Shown here one piece after another: positions 8,018 through 16,783 of a DNA stretch of 32,000 nucleotides. The translations under genes and the position numbers were made by a program. The stretch comes from Candidatus Woesearchaeota archaeon (GTDB lineage: Archaea > Nanobdellota > Nanobdellia > Pacearchaeales > GW2011-AR1): assembly GCA_964606775.1 (NCBI GenBank), contig CAZSGW010000004.1, forward strand, positions 11,337 through 43,336, in the 5' to 3' direction. Below the pieces are notes generated by a model. That model saw only the letters and a list, made by a program, of their open reading frames with translations, had not been told where the DNA came from and searched no databases. Numbering within the stretch: the first letter of the stretch is position 1; every line of letters begins with the position of its first letter.

Positions 8018-9901
8018 ATGGACATTCTAAAAACAATTACAGACAAACTTCACGGAAAAGTAAAAGAAGCTAATTTTGAAGGAGCAAACATAGTTCTCTA
8101 TACAGAAAACGAATTATTTTTCAAAGAAGGAGAATCGAAGATAAAAGAGATTGTAAATGAAATAAAGAAAAGAATTGAACTACGAGCAGACCCAAAAATT
8201 GTGGCTGATAAAGAAACGACTGAAAAACAAATCAAACAAATTGTTCCACCAGAAGGAGAAGTTACAGATATTTTATTTGACCCTCATAGGAGTATTGTTA
8301 CTATTGAAGCTAAGAAACCCGGAATGGTTATCGGAAAACAAGGATCTATTTTAAACGAGATTAGGGAGAAGACTTTGTGGACACCTCATGTTCAAAGAAG
8401 CCCCTCAATAAAGAGCCAAATAACAGAAAATGTTAGAAGTGTACTTTATGCAAATAATAATTACAGAAGAAAATTTCTAAATTCAATCGGAAAAAAAATT
8501 TACAAAGAATGGAACCCTGAGAAATCCGAAGGATGGGTTAGAGCAACCTTTTTGGGAGGTGGAAGACAAGTTGGAAGAAGTTGCATTTTACTTCAAACTC
8601 CCAATTCAAACGTGCTTCTTGATTGCGGAATAGATGTTGCATCCTCCGGCTCAGATAAATTTCCTTATTTTAATATTCCAGGATTTAGTATAGACTCTTT
8701 AGACGCAGTTATAATTTCTCATGCACACTTAGATCATGTCGGTTTATTACCTTACTTATATAAAATGGGATACGACGGACCAGTATACATGACCCCTCCA
8801 ACAAGAGACATAGCAGCCTTGTTGTCCTTGGATTTCATAGGTGTCGCTTACAAACAAGCCTCAGCGCCCTTGTTCTCCTCTAAAGATATAAAAGAAATGG
8901 TGAAGCATTCTGTTTGTCTGAGCTATAATGAGGTTACTGATGTAACTTCGGACATAAGATTAACTTTCTATAATTCTGGACATTGTCTGGGAAGTTCAAT
9001 GGTTCATCTAAACATAGGGAACGGTTCCCACAATTTACTCTATACTGGAGATTACAAATACGGAAAATCAAGATTGCTTGATTCCTCTGTTTCAGTTTTT
9101 CCGAGAGTTGAGTCAGTTATAACGGAATCTACGTATGGTTCTAAACATGATATACTCCCTCCAAGACAAAAATCCGAACAAGAACTAATTGATATGGTGA
9201 AAAAAACTATCGATAGAGGAGGAAAGATTTTGATTCCTGAATTAGGTTTGGGAAGAGCCCAAGAGACGATGTTAATTTTGGAGGATGCTATGCGTTCGGG
9301 GAGGCTTCCAAAAGTTCCAATACACATAGATGGAATGATATGGGATATCAACGCTATTCACACTGCATATCCTGATTTTTTGAGTTCTAAAGTTCGTTCT
9401 GAAATTTTCCAAGACAAAAATCCATTCATTTCTGAAATTTTTCACAGAGTAGGTTCACCCCAAGAAAGGAAAGAGGTTGTCGAAGGAGGCCCTTGTATTG
9501 TTCTTGCAACATCTGGTATGTTGATGGGAGGTGCATCGGTGGAATATTTCAAAGAATTTGCAGGAAATGAAAAGAACTCAATAGTCTTCGTTTGTTATCA
9601 AGGAGTCGGTTCTTTAGGAAGAGAGGTTCAAGAAGGAGCAAAACAAACAAAAATGATTGTGGATGGAAGAGAAGAAACAATAGATATTAATTTTGAAGTT
9701 GAAACGATAAGTGGATTAACAGCTCACGCAGGAAGAAATGAGATAATTTCTTTTTTCAACAATATGCGACCAAAACCGAAAAGAATTATCCTTAATCACG
9801 GAGAAGTTTCAAAGGAACTTGATTTAAGTTCTGCACTTTACAAACTCAACAGGGTTGAAACAAATGTCCCAAGAACTTTAGAAACCCTTCGGTTAAGATA
9901 A
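8018..9901 (+). CDS. fttA: aCPSF1/FttA: KH-KH, metallo-beta-lactamase, beta-CASP ribonuclease (archaeal transcription termination factor)
   Basis: An N-terminal KH region (GMVIGKQGSILNEIRE) is followed by HAHLDHVG, then beta-CASP motifs and C-terminal GLTAHAG...LNHGE. The 627-aa size and architecture are typical of aCPSF1. Confidence 0.9.
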   Translation: MDILKTITDKLHGKVKEANFEGANIVLYTENELFFKEGESKIKEIVNEIKKRIELRADPKIVADKETTEKQIKQIVPPEGEVTDILFDPHRSIVTIEAKKPGMVIGKQGSILNEIREKTLWTPHVQRSPSIKSQITENVRSVLYANNNYRRKFLNSIGKKIYKEWNPEKSEGWVRATFLGGGRQVGRSCILLQTPNSNVLLDCGIDVASSGSDKFPYFNIPGFSIDSLDAVIISHAHLDHVGLLPYLYKMGYDGPVYMTPPTRDIAALLSLDFIGVAYKQASAPLFSSKDIKEMVKHSVCLSYNEVTDVTSDIRLTFYNSGHCLGSSMVHLNIGNGSHNLLYTGDYKYGKSRLLDSSVSVFPRVESVITESTYGSKHDILPPRQKSEQELIDMVKKTIDRGGKILIPELGLGRAQETMLILEDAMRSGRLPKVPIHIDGMIWDINAIHTAYPDFLSSKVRSEIFQDKNPFISEIFHRVGSPQERKEVVEGGPCIVLATSGMLMGGASVEYFKEFAGNEKNSIVFVCYQGVGSLGREVQEGAKQTKMIVDGREETIDINFEVETISGLTAHAGRNEIISFFNNMRPKPKRIILNHGEVSKELDLSSALYKLNRVETNVPRTLETLRLR

Positions 9902-9988
9902 TCTGCTTACAAATATTTTAAAAACTCTTTTTTCTTAAATAAAACATATAAGAGGTAAAATAAAATTAAGCATAAATTTTCAATAACT

Positions 9989-10864
9989 TTGATTCTAATT
10001 GGAATGTTTTTAGTTACACAATTTATTGGAATGTATGTTGTTAATTATTATTCTTCAGATGATAATGAACTTCCTTATAATATGGAGCCTCCGCAAATAG
10101 AAGAAGATAAAGAATTCTATCAAATTTTTCCTTCGATATTGATTGCATTTGTTCTGGCAATAGCACTCTTCTTTTTAATTACTCATTTCAAAATAGAAGT
10201 CGTCATGAAAATTTGGTTTTTTCTGGTTATTACAATCGCCTTAGGTCTTGCAATAAACTCATTTTTACCTAAATATGTTTATGCATCTTGGATTGCCCTC
10301 GGATTAGCATTTGTGCTCGCATTTTTCAAAGTAATTAAAAGAAATATAATCGTTCACAACGCAACAGAATTATTAGTTTATCCAGGAATTGCAGCAGTTT
10401 TTGTACCTCTCCTGAATTTGTGGACAATGATTTTTCTTCTTGTTTTAATTTCAATTTATGACATGTGGGCAGTTTGGAAATCCGGGCTTATGCAGAAGAT
10501 GGCTAAATTCCAGATGGACAAACTTAAAATTTTTGGAGGATTCTTTGTTCCTTATTTGGACAAAAAAACTCGTGCGAAATTAAGAAAAGCAAGAAAATCT
10601 AAATCTAAAAGCAAATCAAAAACCCAAAAAGTGAAGGTCAATATGGCGATTCTTGGAGGAGGAGATATCATCTTTCCAATAATAGCCTCGGGGGTTATGT
10701 TGAAGTTTTATGGATTTTGGGAAGCAGTTCTAGTAGTCGCAGGTGCTACTCTTGGACTTTCTTACCTCTTCTTTGTAGCGAAAAAGAAAAAATTCTATCC
10801 TGCAATGCCTTTTATCTCAGCAGGAATTTTCTTGGGAATGGCAATAGGAATATTCCTTTTATAA
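9989..10864 (+). CDS. Presenilin / signal-peptide-peptidase family intramembrane aspartyl protease (PSH-like)
   Basis: A multi-TM protein with the YD motif (SIYDMWAVW), the GxGD motif (LGGGDIIFP) and a PAL-like motif (YPAMPF). A polybasic KSKSKSKSK loop lies between the catalytic TMs. The track start is TTG at 9989 and an ATG at 10004 is an alternative. Confidence 0.75.
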   Translation: MILIGMFLVTQFIGMYVVNYYSSDDNELPYNMEPPQIEEDKEFYQIFPSILIAFVLAIALFFLITHFKIEVVMKIWFFLVITIALGLAINSFLPKYVYASWIALGLAFVLAFFKVIKRNIIVHNATELLVYPGIAAVFVPLLNLWTMIFLLVLISIYDMWAVWKSGLMQKMAKFQMDKLKIFGGFFVPYLDKKTRAKLRKARKSKSKSKSKTQKVKVNMAILGGGDIIFPIIASGVMLKFYGFWEAVLVVAGATLGLSYLFFVAKKKKFYPAMPFISAGIFLGMAIGIFLL

Positions 10865-11056
10865 TTAATAGAAAATTATTTCTCTAGCTTAATTATTTAA
10901 CCTTATTTCTAAATTACCCTTTCGCAATATTTTGCATTAATTATTACTGAAAGATTTAAAGAGGTATAGATTTTTGGGCAACCCACAAACTTCTGTTGAT
11001 TTTTAATCTAAACATCGCATTTGTTCTCACTTTCTAAAAGTAACAAAACCAAAAAC

Positions 11057-11064
11057 TTTATAAA
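11057..11064 (+). promoter_or_regulatory. TATA-like box (TTTATAAA) for the 11087 operon
   Basis: It is centred about 26 nt upstream of the ATG at 11087 and no SD is present, consistent with a leaderless transcript. Confidence 0.45.
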
Positions 11065-11086
11065 CAAAATATTCTTGAACTTTTCT

Positions 11087-11317
11087 ATGGCAAATGACAA
11101 CTATAAAGTAACAAATTTAGGCGGAGTAATGGGAAAAAAGAAAGCATCTGAACTACTTGAAAGAAGATTGGAAGTCCCTACAGGGATACGAAGATGTGAC
11201 GAAATTATCGCACACTATAAAAGTAATCCTGGAAGATATTTTGGAAAAAACAAGTTCTACTTAGATAAATTGTATTCTGAGAGACTTTCTTTATTGGAGG
11301 AAAAAGATGTTAGTTAA
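11087..11317 (+). CDS. Small hypothetical protein (76 aa), first gene of the TrmB-family operon
   Basis: This is the in-frame ATG inside track ORF 11021-11317. The TTG at 11021 would lie upstream of the TATA box, so I prefer 11087. The gene overlaps the next gene by 11 nt. Confidence 0.4.
   Translation: MANDNYKVTNLGGVMGKKKASELLERRLEVPTGIRRCDEIIAHYKSNPGRYFGKNKFYLDKLYSERLSLLEEKDVS
11296..11300 (+). promoter_or_regulatory. Shine-Dalgarno GGAGG for the TrmB-family gene
   Basis: GGAGG lies 6 nt upstream of the ATG at 11307. Confidence 0.5.
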
Positions 11318-12086
11318 ACAAGAATTAATAAATAAAATCAAAGATTACTTTGAATTGAACATTTATGAAACAAAAGTTTGGTTAGCTCTGCTTGGAAAAG
11401 GGACTGCTTCTGCGGGTGAGATAGCTACAATTTCTGGAGTTCCTCGTTCAAGAACTTATGATGTTCTTGAAAGCTTAGAGAAGAAAGGTTTTGCAATTGT
11501 TAAAATAGGTAAACCAGTAAAATATCTCGGAATAAAACCTCAAATGATTCTTGAAAAATTAAAAAACAATGTTAGACATGAAGCTGAAGAAAAAATAAGT
11601 TCTTTGATGAATATAAAGGGCACTGAAGAATTCTCTCAATTAGAAGGCTTGTATAAAGAAGGAATAGACCCTGTAAAAAGAGAAGACCTTTCAGCAGCTC
11701 TCAAAGGAAAATCAAACATCTCGAACAATTTGAAAGAAATAATTCAAAACGCAGAAAAGGAAGTAATTATTTGCACTAGTGCCCAAGAAATTTTCGATAA
11801 GTCAAAGTTATTTGCGCAAACATTTGATAGATTGAAAAAGAACAACATAAAGATAAAATTGGCTTTATCTGGAGATATAGATTTAATAAAAAAATTAGAG
11901 AAGACATTTGATTTAAAAATAAAAAAAGTTGACATTAAAGCAAAATTCTTTTTAGTTGATAAAAAAGAAATTTTATTTTACGTATCACAAGGAAGGGAGG
12001 AAGATATTGCAATTTGGTTGAATTCGGAATTTTTTTCGGAAGCTTTTGCCTCTCTATTCGAAACAGCTCTAAGGAAGGAGAAATAA
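11307..12086 (+). CDS. TrmB-family transcriptional regulator (winged HTH plus C-terminal domain)
   Basis: The N-terminus LNIYETKVWLALLGKGTASAGEIATISGVPRSRTYDVLESLEKKGF matches the TrmB wHTH signature. The 259-aa length implies a C-terminal effector-type domain. Confidence 0.8.
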   Translation: MLVKQELINKIKDYFELNIYETKVWLALLGKGTASAGEIATISGVPRSRTYDVLESLEKKGFAIVKIGKPVKYLGIKPQMILEKLKNNVRHEAEEKISSLMNIKGTEEFSQLEGLYKEGIDPVKREDLSAALKGKSNISNNLKEIIQNAEKEVIICTSAQEIFDKSKLFAQTFDRLKKNNIKIKLALSGDIDLIKKLEKTFDLKIKKVDIKAKFFLVDKKEILFYVSQGREEDIAIWLNSEFFSEAFASLFETALRKEK

Positions 12087-12087
12087 A

Positions 12088-12777
12088 ATGAAGAAGAATT
12101 TGTTGGGTTTAATTGGTTTGGGAGCATTCCTAATTTCATTTGCAAATGATTCTAAAGTTAAGGATTCATCTTATGTGGCTGAAAGCCCTTGTTATAATGA
12201 ACCCTCATTAAAAGGGAAGTTAGAGGCTACAAAAGGAATAAGACAGCCAAATAACCTTAGACTATATCCTGAATTGGATCTTGGAGCGATTAAGATTGAG
12301 TCTATTACTGATTTAAATAATTCGTATGTAGAATCAAAAACAGACGTTTATTTTTCGGATTTGGCTAAGGATGAATTTAATCTGCAACCAGTATTTACCC
12401 ATCATTACGATAGAAATAAAGGAAATTTTGTTTGTAATGTAAGAGCCTCTAAAAATTGGGGAGATTACACTGGTTTTTTTGAAATAGGACACAATTTTTC
12501 TTCGGTCACGCCTCAATCCGCTTGGAATTTTTTCTTAGAGAATAATTTGAAAACTCCAATAGGAAATTTTGGAGGTCGTTTATATGGAAATCTTAATTTT
12601 TTAGAAGATTCTAATTTGGAGCTTGAATGGACTGGAAATGAAATGGGAAATTCAGGATTTCATCCCTATATGAGGATTAACCACGAGGGATTTGATAGTT
12701 TCAATCCAAGCGCTCAGATTGGTCTTTCATGGAATCCTGAGAACACAATTAAATATCTAAGAGGAAAAAGAGAATGA
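12088..12777 (+). CDS. Secreted beta-rich protein of unknown function
   Basis: It has a Sec-type signal peptide (MKKNLLGLIGLGAFLISFA|NDS), an N/G/aromatic-rich sequence, GGAG 7 nt upstream, and starts 1 nt after the regulator's stop. Confidence 0.5.
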   Translation: MKKNLLGLIGLGAFLISFANDSKVKDSSYVAESPCYNEPSLKGKLEATKGIRQPNNLRLYPELDLGAIKIESITDLNNSYVESKTDVYFSDLAKDEFNLQPVFTHHYDRNKGNFVCNVRASKNWGDYTGFFEIGHNFSSVTPQSAWNFFLENNLKTPIGNFGGRLYGNLNFLEDSNLELEWTGNEMGNSGFHPYMRINHEGFDSFNPSAQIGLSWNPENTIKYLRGKRE

Positions 12778-13058
12778 GTTTTCCAAAAATATATAATACT
12801 TTTTCAGAACCTCTGAAAGAAAAGATAGAAAAATCATTAGATAATATTTTAATGTCAGACATTTTAAAAAAACCCAACCACACAAAGATTATGCAAAATC
12901 ATTTCTTGAAGGAATACAGTGAAGCAACATCTCAGGCAAATCTTTTGGGAATTGACTGCACTTCTTACGACGATATTCTCAAAGAGGAATTTCCCGAGAT
13001 GGATTTGACCTCAATAAGAGAAAAAAGAAAGAAAGCCTACCTAAAAACTTACAATTAA
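12774..13058 (+). CDS. Hypothetical protein (94 aa)
   Basis: ORF with a 4-nt ATGA overlap with the upstream gene. No recognisable motif. Confidence 0.4.
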   Translation: MSFPKIYNTFSEPLKEKIEKSLDNILMSDILKKPNHTKIMQNHFLKEYSEATSQANLLGIDCTSYDDILKEEFPEMDLTSIREKRKKAYLKTYN

Positions 13059-14320
13059 GAAATACTCAATTCAGAAATATCCATTTCTTTTAATCTTCGA
13101 TTATATTTTCTTTTCCACCCATTCAAAAATTCCTTACAACTAAAATCAATTTTTTTCTTAGCGTAAATTTTTTTGTTTTTATCAAAAGTTCTTTTATGTT
13201 CTCTCTTAAATCTTTCAACATTTTTTTTATCGTTAATAAACGGACCTTCCAATGTAACTTCTTTTTTTGCTTTTACAATAAAAAATCCTTTCCCTGTTTT
13301 TTTCTTATAATATTCAAATCCTTCTTTTTTTAATTCAAAATATTTCTTAATTTCCTCCTTCAAATGATTATAAAATTTAACTAATTTACTTCCTGCAATA
13401 TCTCCCTCTTGCTTATTAGTTTTTATTTCTATCTTAACAAACTCTTGCTTCTTTCTTAAAGCTTCTTTTTCAGTTTCTTCAAAATTTATTCTATTTTTTT
13501 CAAACGCCTCTTCTGAAGGATTTTCTAAAAATTTCTTACATTCATTTCTAAATTTTTCAAAAGTCTCCTTAGACAAAGCCGCCAAAGCATTTCTTTGTTT
13601 GTATGTTGGATCTATCAAAATAATTGGAGAGTCCAGCTTTGAACTATTTATATCCAATAAAACATTTTTTTTATTTTTGTAGTGTTTTTCAATATCTATA
13701 ATTATTTTTTCATTTTTTGATTTCGCAATTTCTTTTATGAATTTTAAAAAACTCCCATAATGATAAACCAATAATTCCAATGCATATCCCGAGAAACCCT
13801 TGATGTAAGATTCAGCTCCATAAGTATTTGTAGCAAAACAAAACGCTTTAGCAAGTTTGATATCCTCGAGAACTTTTTTGCTCTTTATCTTTGAATTAAT
13901 ATATTTTACATGTGAATAAGATAAATCGGTTATATTTTCGGCCTCCTTAGGGTTTTTTATTTTTTTTACTGGAACTAATTCTATAAAAAATTCAGGAGAC
14001 ATTTTCACTTTAAAATAATCTCTAGAACCATGAACCTTGGACACATTTTCAAATCTCTTTAAGGCTTTCTCTAATTTTCTTGAAGGTTCTTTTTCATTTT
14101 CAAATCTAATGAAAATATCTACATCATAAACATCTTTTTTAATCGCAGTTTTTTTTGCCCAGCTTCCCCCAACATAAATCTCCGCATCTATTTTTCCCGA
14201 AAATTTTTCTAAGAAAGATTTTAATGAACTACCAATTTCTTCGTATTGACTCTTTGGAACTTCAATTTTTTTCAAGACCTCTTTTAAAACAGAATTAATC
14301 TTTTTCATTTGATTCTTCAT
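13055..14320 (-). CDS. cca: Archaeal class I CCA-adding enzyme (tRNA nucleotidyltransferase)
   Basis: Contains the Pol-beta NTase motif GGSWAKKTAIKKDVYDVDIFIRF and the archaeal CCA signature GFSGYALELLVYHYGSF. An alternative ATG is at 14308. Confidence 0.8.
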   Translation of the reverse strand: MKNQMKKINSVLKEVLKKIEVPKSQYEEIGSSLKSFLEKFSGKIDAEIYVGGSWAKKTAIKKDVYDVDIFIRFENEKEPSRKLEKALKRFENVSKVHGSRDYFKVKMSPEFFIELVPVKKIKNPKEAENITDLSYSHVKYINSKIKSKKVLEDIKLAKAFCFATNTYGAESYIKGFSGYALELLVYHYGSFLKFIKEIAKSKNEKIIIDIEKHYKNKKNVLLDINSSKLDSPIILIDPTYKQRNALAALSKETFEKFRNECKKFLENPSEEAFEKNRINFEETEKEALRKKQEFVKIEIKTNKQEGDIAGSKLVKFYNHLKEEIKKYFELKKEGFEYYKKKTGKGFFIVKAKKEVTLEGPFINDKKNVERFKREHKRTFDKNKKIYAKKKIDFSCKEFLNGWKRKYNRRLKEMDISELSIS

Positions 14321-14687
14321 CTTTCTTCATGGTTGTTGCTAAATCCAGAATATATTTACCTTCTTCTAATTTATATATTAAAGGACGATCCTTTCTAAAT
14401 AAATTCACAACATCAATTTCAAATTTTCCGTCACCTATTGCCCTCACAGACTCTAAATCTAAGATTACTGGTGCATTTTCATCGGCAATTCCCGCCATCT
14501 CTCTTATGTCCTTCTCAACCTTTGTTCTCTCTTCTTCTGGAATTGTTATAGGATTTTCCTTTACTTTTTCAAGTTGTTCGTCTTTAACATAGAAGAAGAA
14601 ATGACTTTTGCAACTAGCACATCCCTCTAAGAGTTCCCTACTTCCAGCTGGAATAATTCTAGAACATCGAACACATTGGTGTGGCAT
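14295..14687 (-). CDS. Zn-ribbon protein (archaeal DUF2072/COG3364-like, from memory)
   Basis: The N-terminal CxxC-x14-CxxC (MPHQCVRCSRI...GCASCKS) is followed by an acidic C-terminal domain. It lies in the neighbourhood of a small GTPase and a DUF2073-like gene. Confidence 0.6.
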   Translation of the reverse strand: MPHQCVRCSRIIPAGSRELLEGCASCKSHFFFYVKDEQLEKVKENPITIPEEERTKVEKDIREMAGIADENAPVILDLESVRAIGDGKFEIDVVNLFRKDRPLIYKLEEGKYILDLATTMKKDEESNEKD

Positions 14688-14709
14688 TTTACTTTTTCAT
14701 TAAAACTAA

Positions 14710-14719
14710 TTTATATAAA
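14710..14719 (-). promoter_or_regulatory. TATA-like box (TTTATATAAA) for the Zn-ribbon gene
   Basis: It is centred about 27 nt upstream of the ATG at 14687 and no SD is present. Confidence 0.45.
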
Positions 14720-14760
14720 TCCAAGGAATTTCTTACTTATAAAATTACCTAAAAATATTC

Positions 14761-15639
14761 TCACACTACTTCCCTAATCTCAAAAGAATCTCCTGCCTGA
14801 ACATCCGCCGTGTTCAACTTGAAGTAATATTCTATTAATCCATCCCAGGTGTTTCCTACCTGTCCGTCACTTATTGTAAAACACTCGCCTATTTCATCCC
14901 CGTCATTAAAACACATATCTTCTCCATTATAGATACTACCATCTTCGTTATCATCACTAGTATCAATGTTCACAACATCATTCGTTGCATACCATGGATC
15001 ATAAACAGAACTGATTGTTCCATAATCAAGTAAAACATAATCTACGCAAGTCTCAGTATTCTCATTAAAGTAAGGACTATCCGAAACACAACAATCTCCT
15101 GTGGCAGTGTTACACTCTATTCCAGATTCACAATCATCATTGCTTGAACATCCTCCATCATCACCAGAAGAGCTAGATGATGAACTACTTATCTTATAAG
15201 AATTACTTCCCTCGCAAACATACTCGTCACCTTTCTCAGTCATGAAATAGGCGTGAACTTCAACTCTTGAAGGACTCTCAAAATCACTTAAACTAACTTC
15301 ATAAGTTTTAGTAGCCGAAGGACTAATAGGGTCAGCTACATCAATTATTTCGGTATTCTCTTCATTAGAATCATAAAAAATAAATCTAATTCCTTCAATA
15401 TCTCCTTTAGATGAACTTCTTTTAATAGTAACCTTATAATCGTTCACACTTGTATTCTGAATCTTCGTTGGATTCAAACTAATCTCTAAACACGAAGTAC
15501 TATATTCTACCTTCCCAGCACTCTGAGAAACCGTATTATTAATCACAACCCAAACAACACCAGCTGCAACTAAACCTAATAGAATTACAATCAGAATCGT
15601 AACAATTCCACTCAACCCTTTTTTTCCTTTCATACTCAT
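14761..15639 (-). CDS. Archaeal type IV pilin-like protein (class III signal peptide) with a Cys-rich C-terminal region
   Basis: The N-terminus MSMKGKKG|LSGIVTILIVILLGLVAAGVVWVV fits a prepilin-peptidase (K/R-G then hydrophobic helix) site. It continues with a beta-rich domain, a poly-Ser tract and the Cys cluster GGCSSNDDCESGIECNTATGDCC. Confidence 0.6.
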   Translation of the reverse strand: MSMKGKKGLSGIVTILIVILLGLVAAGVVWVVINNTVSQSAGKVEYSTSCLEISLNPTKIQNTSVNDYKVTIKRSSSKGDIEGIRFIFYDSNEENTEIIDVADPISPSATKTYEVSLSDFESPSRVEVHAYFMTEKGDEYVCEGSNSYKISSSSSSSSGDDGGCSSNDDCESGIECNTATGDCCVSDSPYFNENTETCVDYVLLDYGTISSVYDPWYATNDVVNIDTSDDNEDGSIYNGEDMCFNDGDEIGECFTISDGQVGNTWDGLIEYYFKLNTADVQAGDSFEIREVV

Positions 15640-15664
15640 TTTAGTTCTTTTTTATTTTTAAATG

Positions 15665-16060
15665 TTACTTAAAAAACAATTCAATCTTTTTTGGATTTCT
15701 TTTAATTTCTTTAACAATTGTTGCAGGACCAATAATCGTCATCGACCCCAAATCTGCTCCAGTCAAAACATTTGCTAAATTACTTTTTATCCTCGAGAAA
15801 AATCCTTCTTTCCCATTACTTGAAATTACTGCTAATTCAATTCCCTTAAAATTTTTAACATGCCCTGCCATAGCGATTGTATCTCCAATTAATCTGGCTT
15901 CTTCTTCAGGTTTTAATTTTCCTTGTAGAATCAAAATATTATTTCCCAAAATTATTTTCAAAATTTTCTTAATCCTCTCATTACTATTCAAATCCTTTAT
16001 TTCCGAATAAGGAAGAAAGTTCAATGAAAATCCTTTTATTTTTTTACCTCTTTTCACCAT
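15665..16060 (-). CDS. Conserved archaeal protein (DUF2073/COG3365-like, from memory)
   Basis: A 131-aa protein with ILILQGKLKPEEEARLIGDTIA...FKGIELAV. It sits directly downstream of the GTPase. Confidence 0.5.
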   Translation of the reverse strand: MVKRGKKIKGFSLNFLPYSEIKDLNSNERIKKILKIILGNNILILQGKLKPEEEARLIGDTIAMAGHVKNFKGIELAVISSNGKEGFFSRIKSNLANVLTGADLGSMTIIGPATIVKEIKRNPKKIELFFK

Positions 16061-16094
16061 TGTTCTTTATTATATATTTTATATTCTATACTTT

Positions 16095-16736
16095 TTAAAT
16101 TTTCTTTGAGACCTTGAATAAGCTCTCATAAAACTCTTCAAGATTTTTTCCGTATTTTGCACTTATTCCAACCACATCGTATTCTGGAAATGCTGCCTCT
16201 ATTTTTTTCATGTCCGCCTTTCTTAAATCTATTTTGTTAGCGACAATTAAAACAGGTATTTTTCTAGCTACCAAATTTCCAATAATTGTAACATTAACCT
16301 GGTTATAGGGGTTTTCAGTAGCATCTAAAACAACCACCACCAAGTCCATATCATCTAACCATTTTATACTATCAACAATCCCTTGTGTGGCAGTTTTCGC
16401 CCTTTCCTTAGCCTCTTTCTTCTTCATTTTATATTTAAGGAAATCCTCATAATCAATTTTTGTAGCGATACCAGGAGTGTCGACCATCTTAAACGTCATC
16501 TTTTTTCCCTTATATTTTATTTCAACTTTTTCTTTAAATTGAATATTTCTTGTCTCATGGGGAATCTTACTCACAGAACCAATGTCTTCACCAGTAAAAT
16601 CTTTACAAATTCTATTTGCTAAACTAGTTTTTCCTGCGTTTGGCGGACCATAGAACCCCAATTTTACTTCTTTTTTGTTATTGAACATCTTAGAGAAAAT
16701 TCTCTTAAAGAAATTCTTGAATACCTTTATCACCAT
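16095..16736 (-). CDS. Small P-loop GTPase
   Basis: Contains G1 GPPNAGKTS, G3 DTPG, G4 NKID and G5 SAK in the canonical order. Confidence 0.8.
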   Translation of the reverse strand: MVIKVFKNFFKRIFSKMFNNKKEVKLGFYGPPNAGKTSLANRICKDFTGEDIGSVSKIPHETRNIQFKEKVEIKYKGKKMTFKMVDTPGIATKIDYEDFLKYKMKKKEAKERAKTATQGIVDSIKWLDDMDLVVVVLDATENPYNQVNVTIIGNLVARKIPVLIVANKIDLRKADMKKIEAAFPEYDVVGISAKYGKNLEEFYESLFKVSKKI

Positions 16737-16783
16737 GTTATTTTTTGTACTTTTTAGTTTATTAAGCTTTATATAATAAAGTA

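Noticed and set aside
10594-10622. The AAATCTAAATCTAAAAGCAAATCAAAA stretch as a microsatellite or contingency locus
   Set aside because: It is an imperfect short repeat encoding the KSKSKSKSK cytoplasmic loop of the presenilin-like protease. It is too short and impure to argue for phase variation.
10865-11056. The 190-bp intergenic region as a possible ncRNA, tRNA or C/D-box sRNA
   Set aside because: It has no GC-rich cloverleaf-like segment, no RUGAUGA/CUGA box pair and only a 4-bp inverted repeat (TGGGCAACCCA). It is more simply a terminator/promoter spacer.
11021-11086. The TTG start at 11021 for the small ORF upstream of the TrmB-family gene
   Set aside because: A TATA-like TTTATAAA at 11057-11064 sits inside this extension, about 26 nt before the ATG at 11087. 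The extension is low-complexity K/N/F-rich sequence.
9052-12516. Track ORFs 9052-9351, 11744-11935 and 12334-12516 (all -)
   Set aside because: They are antisense to aCPSF1, the TrmB-family gene and the secreted protein, which have far better coding evidence.
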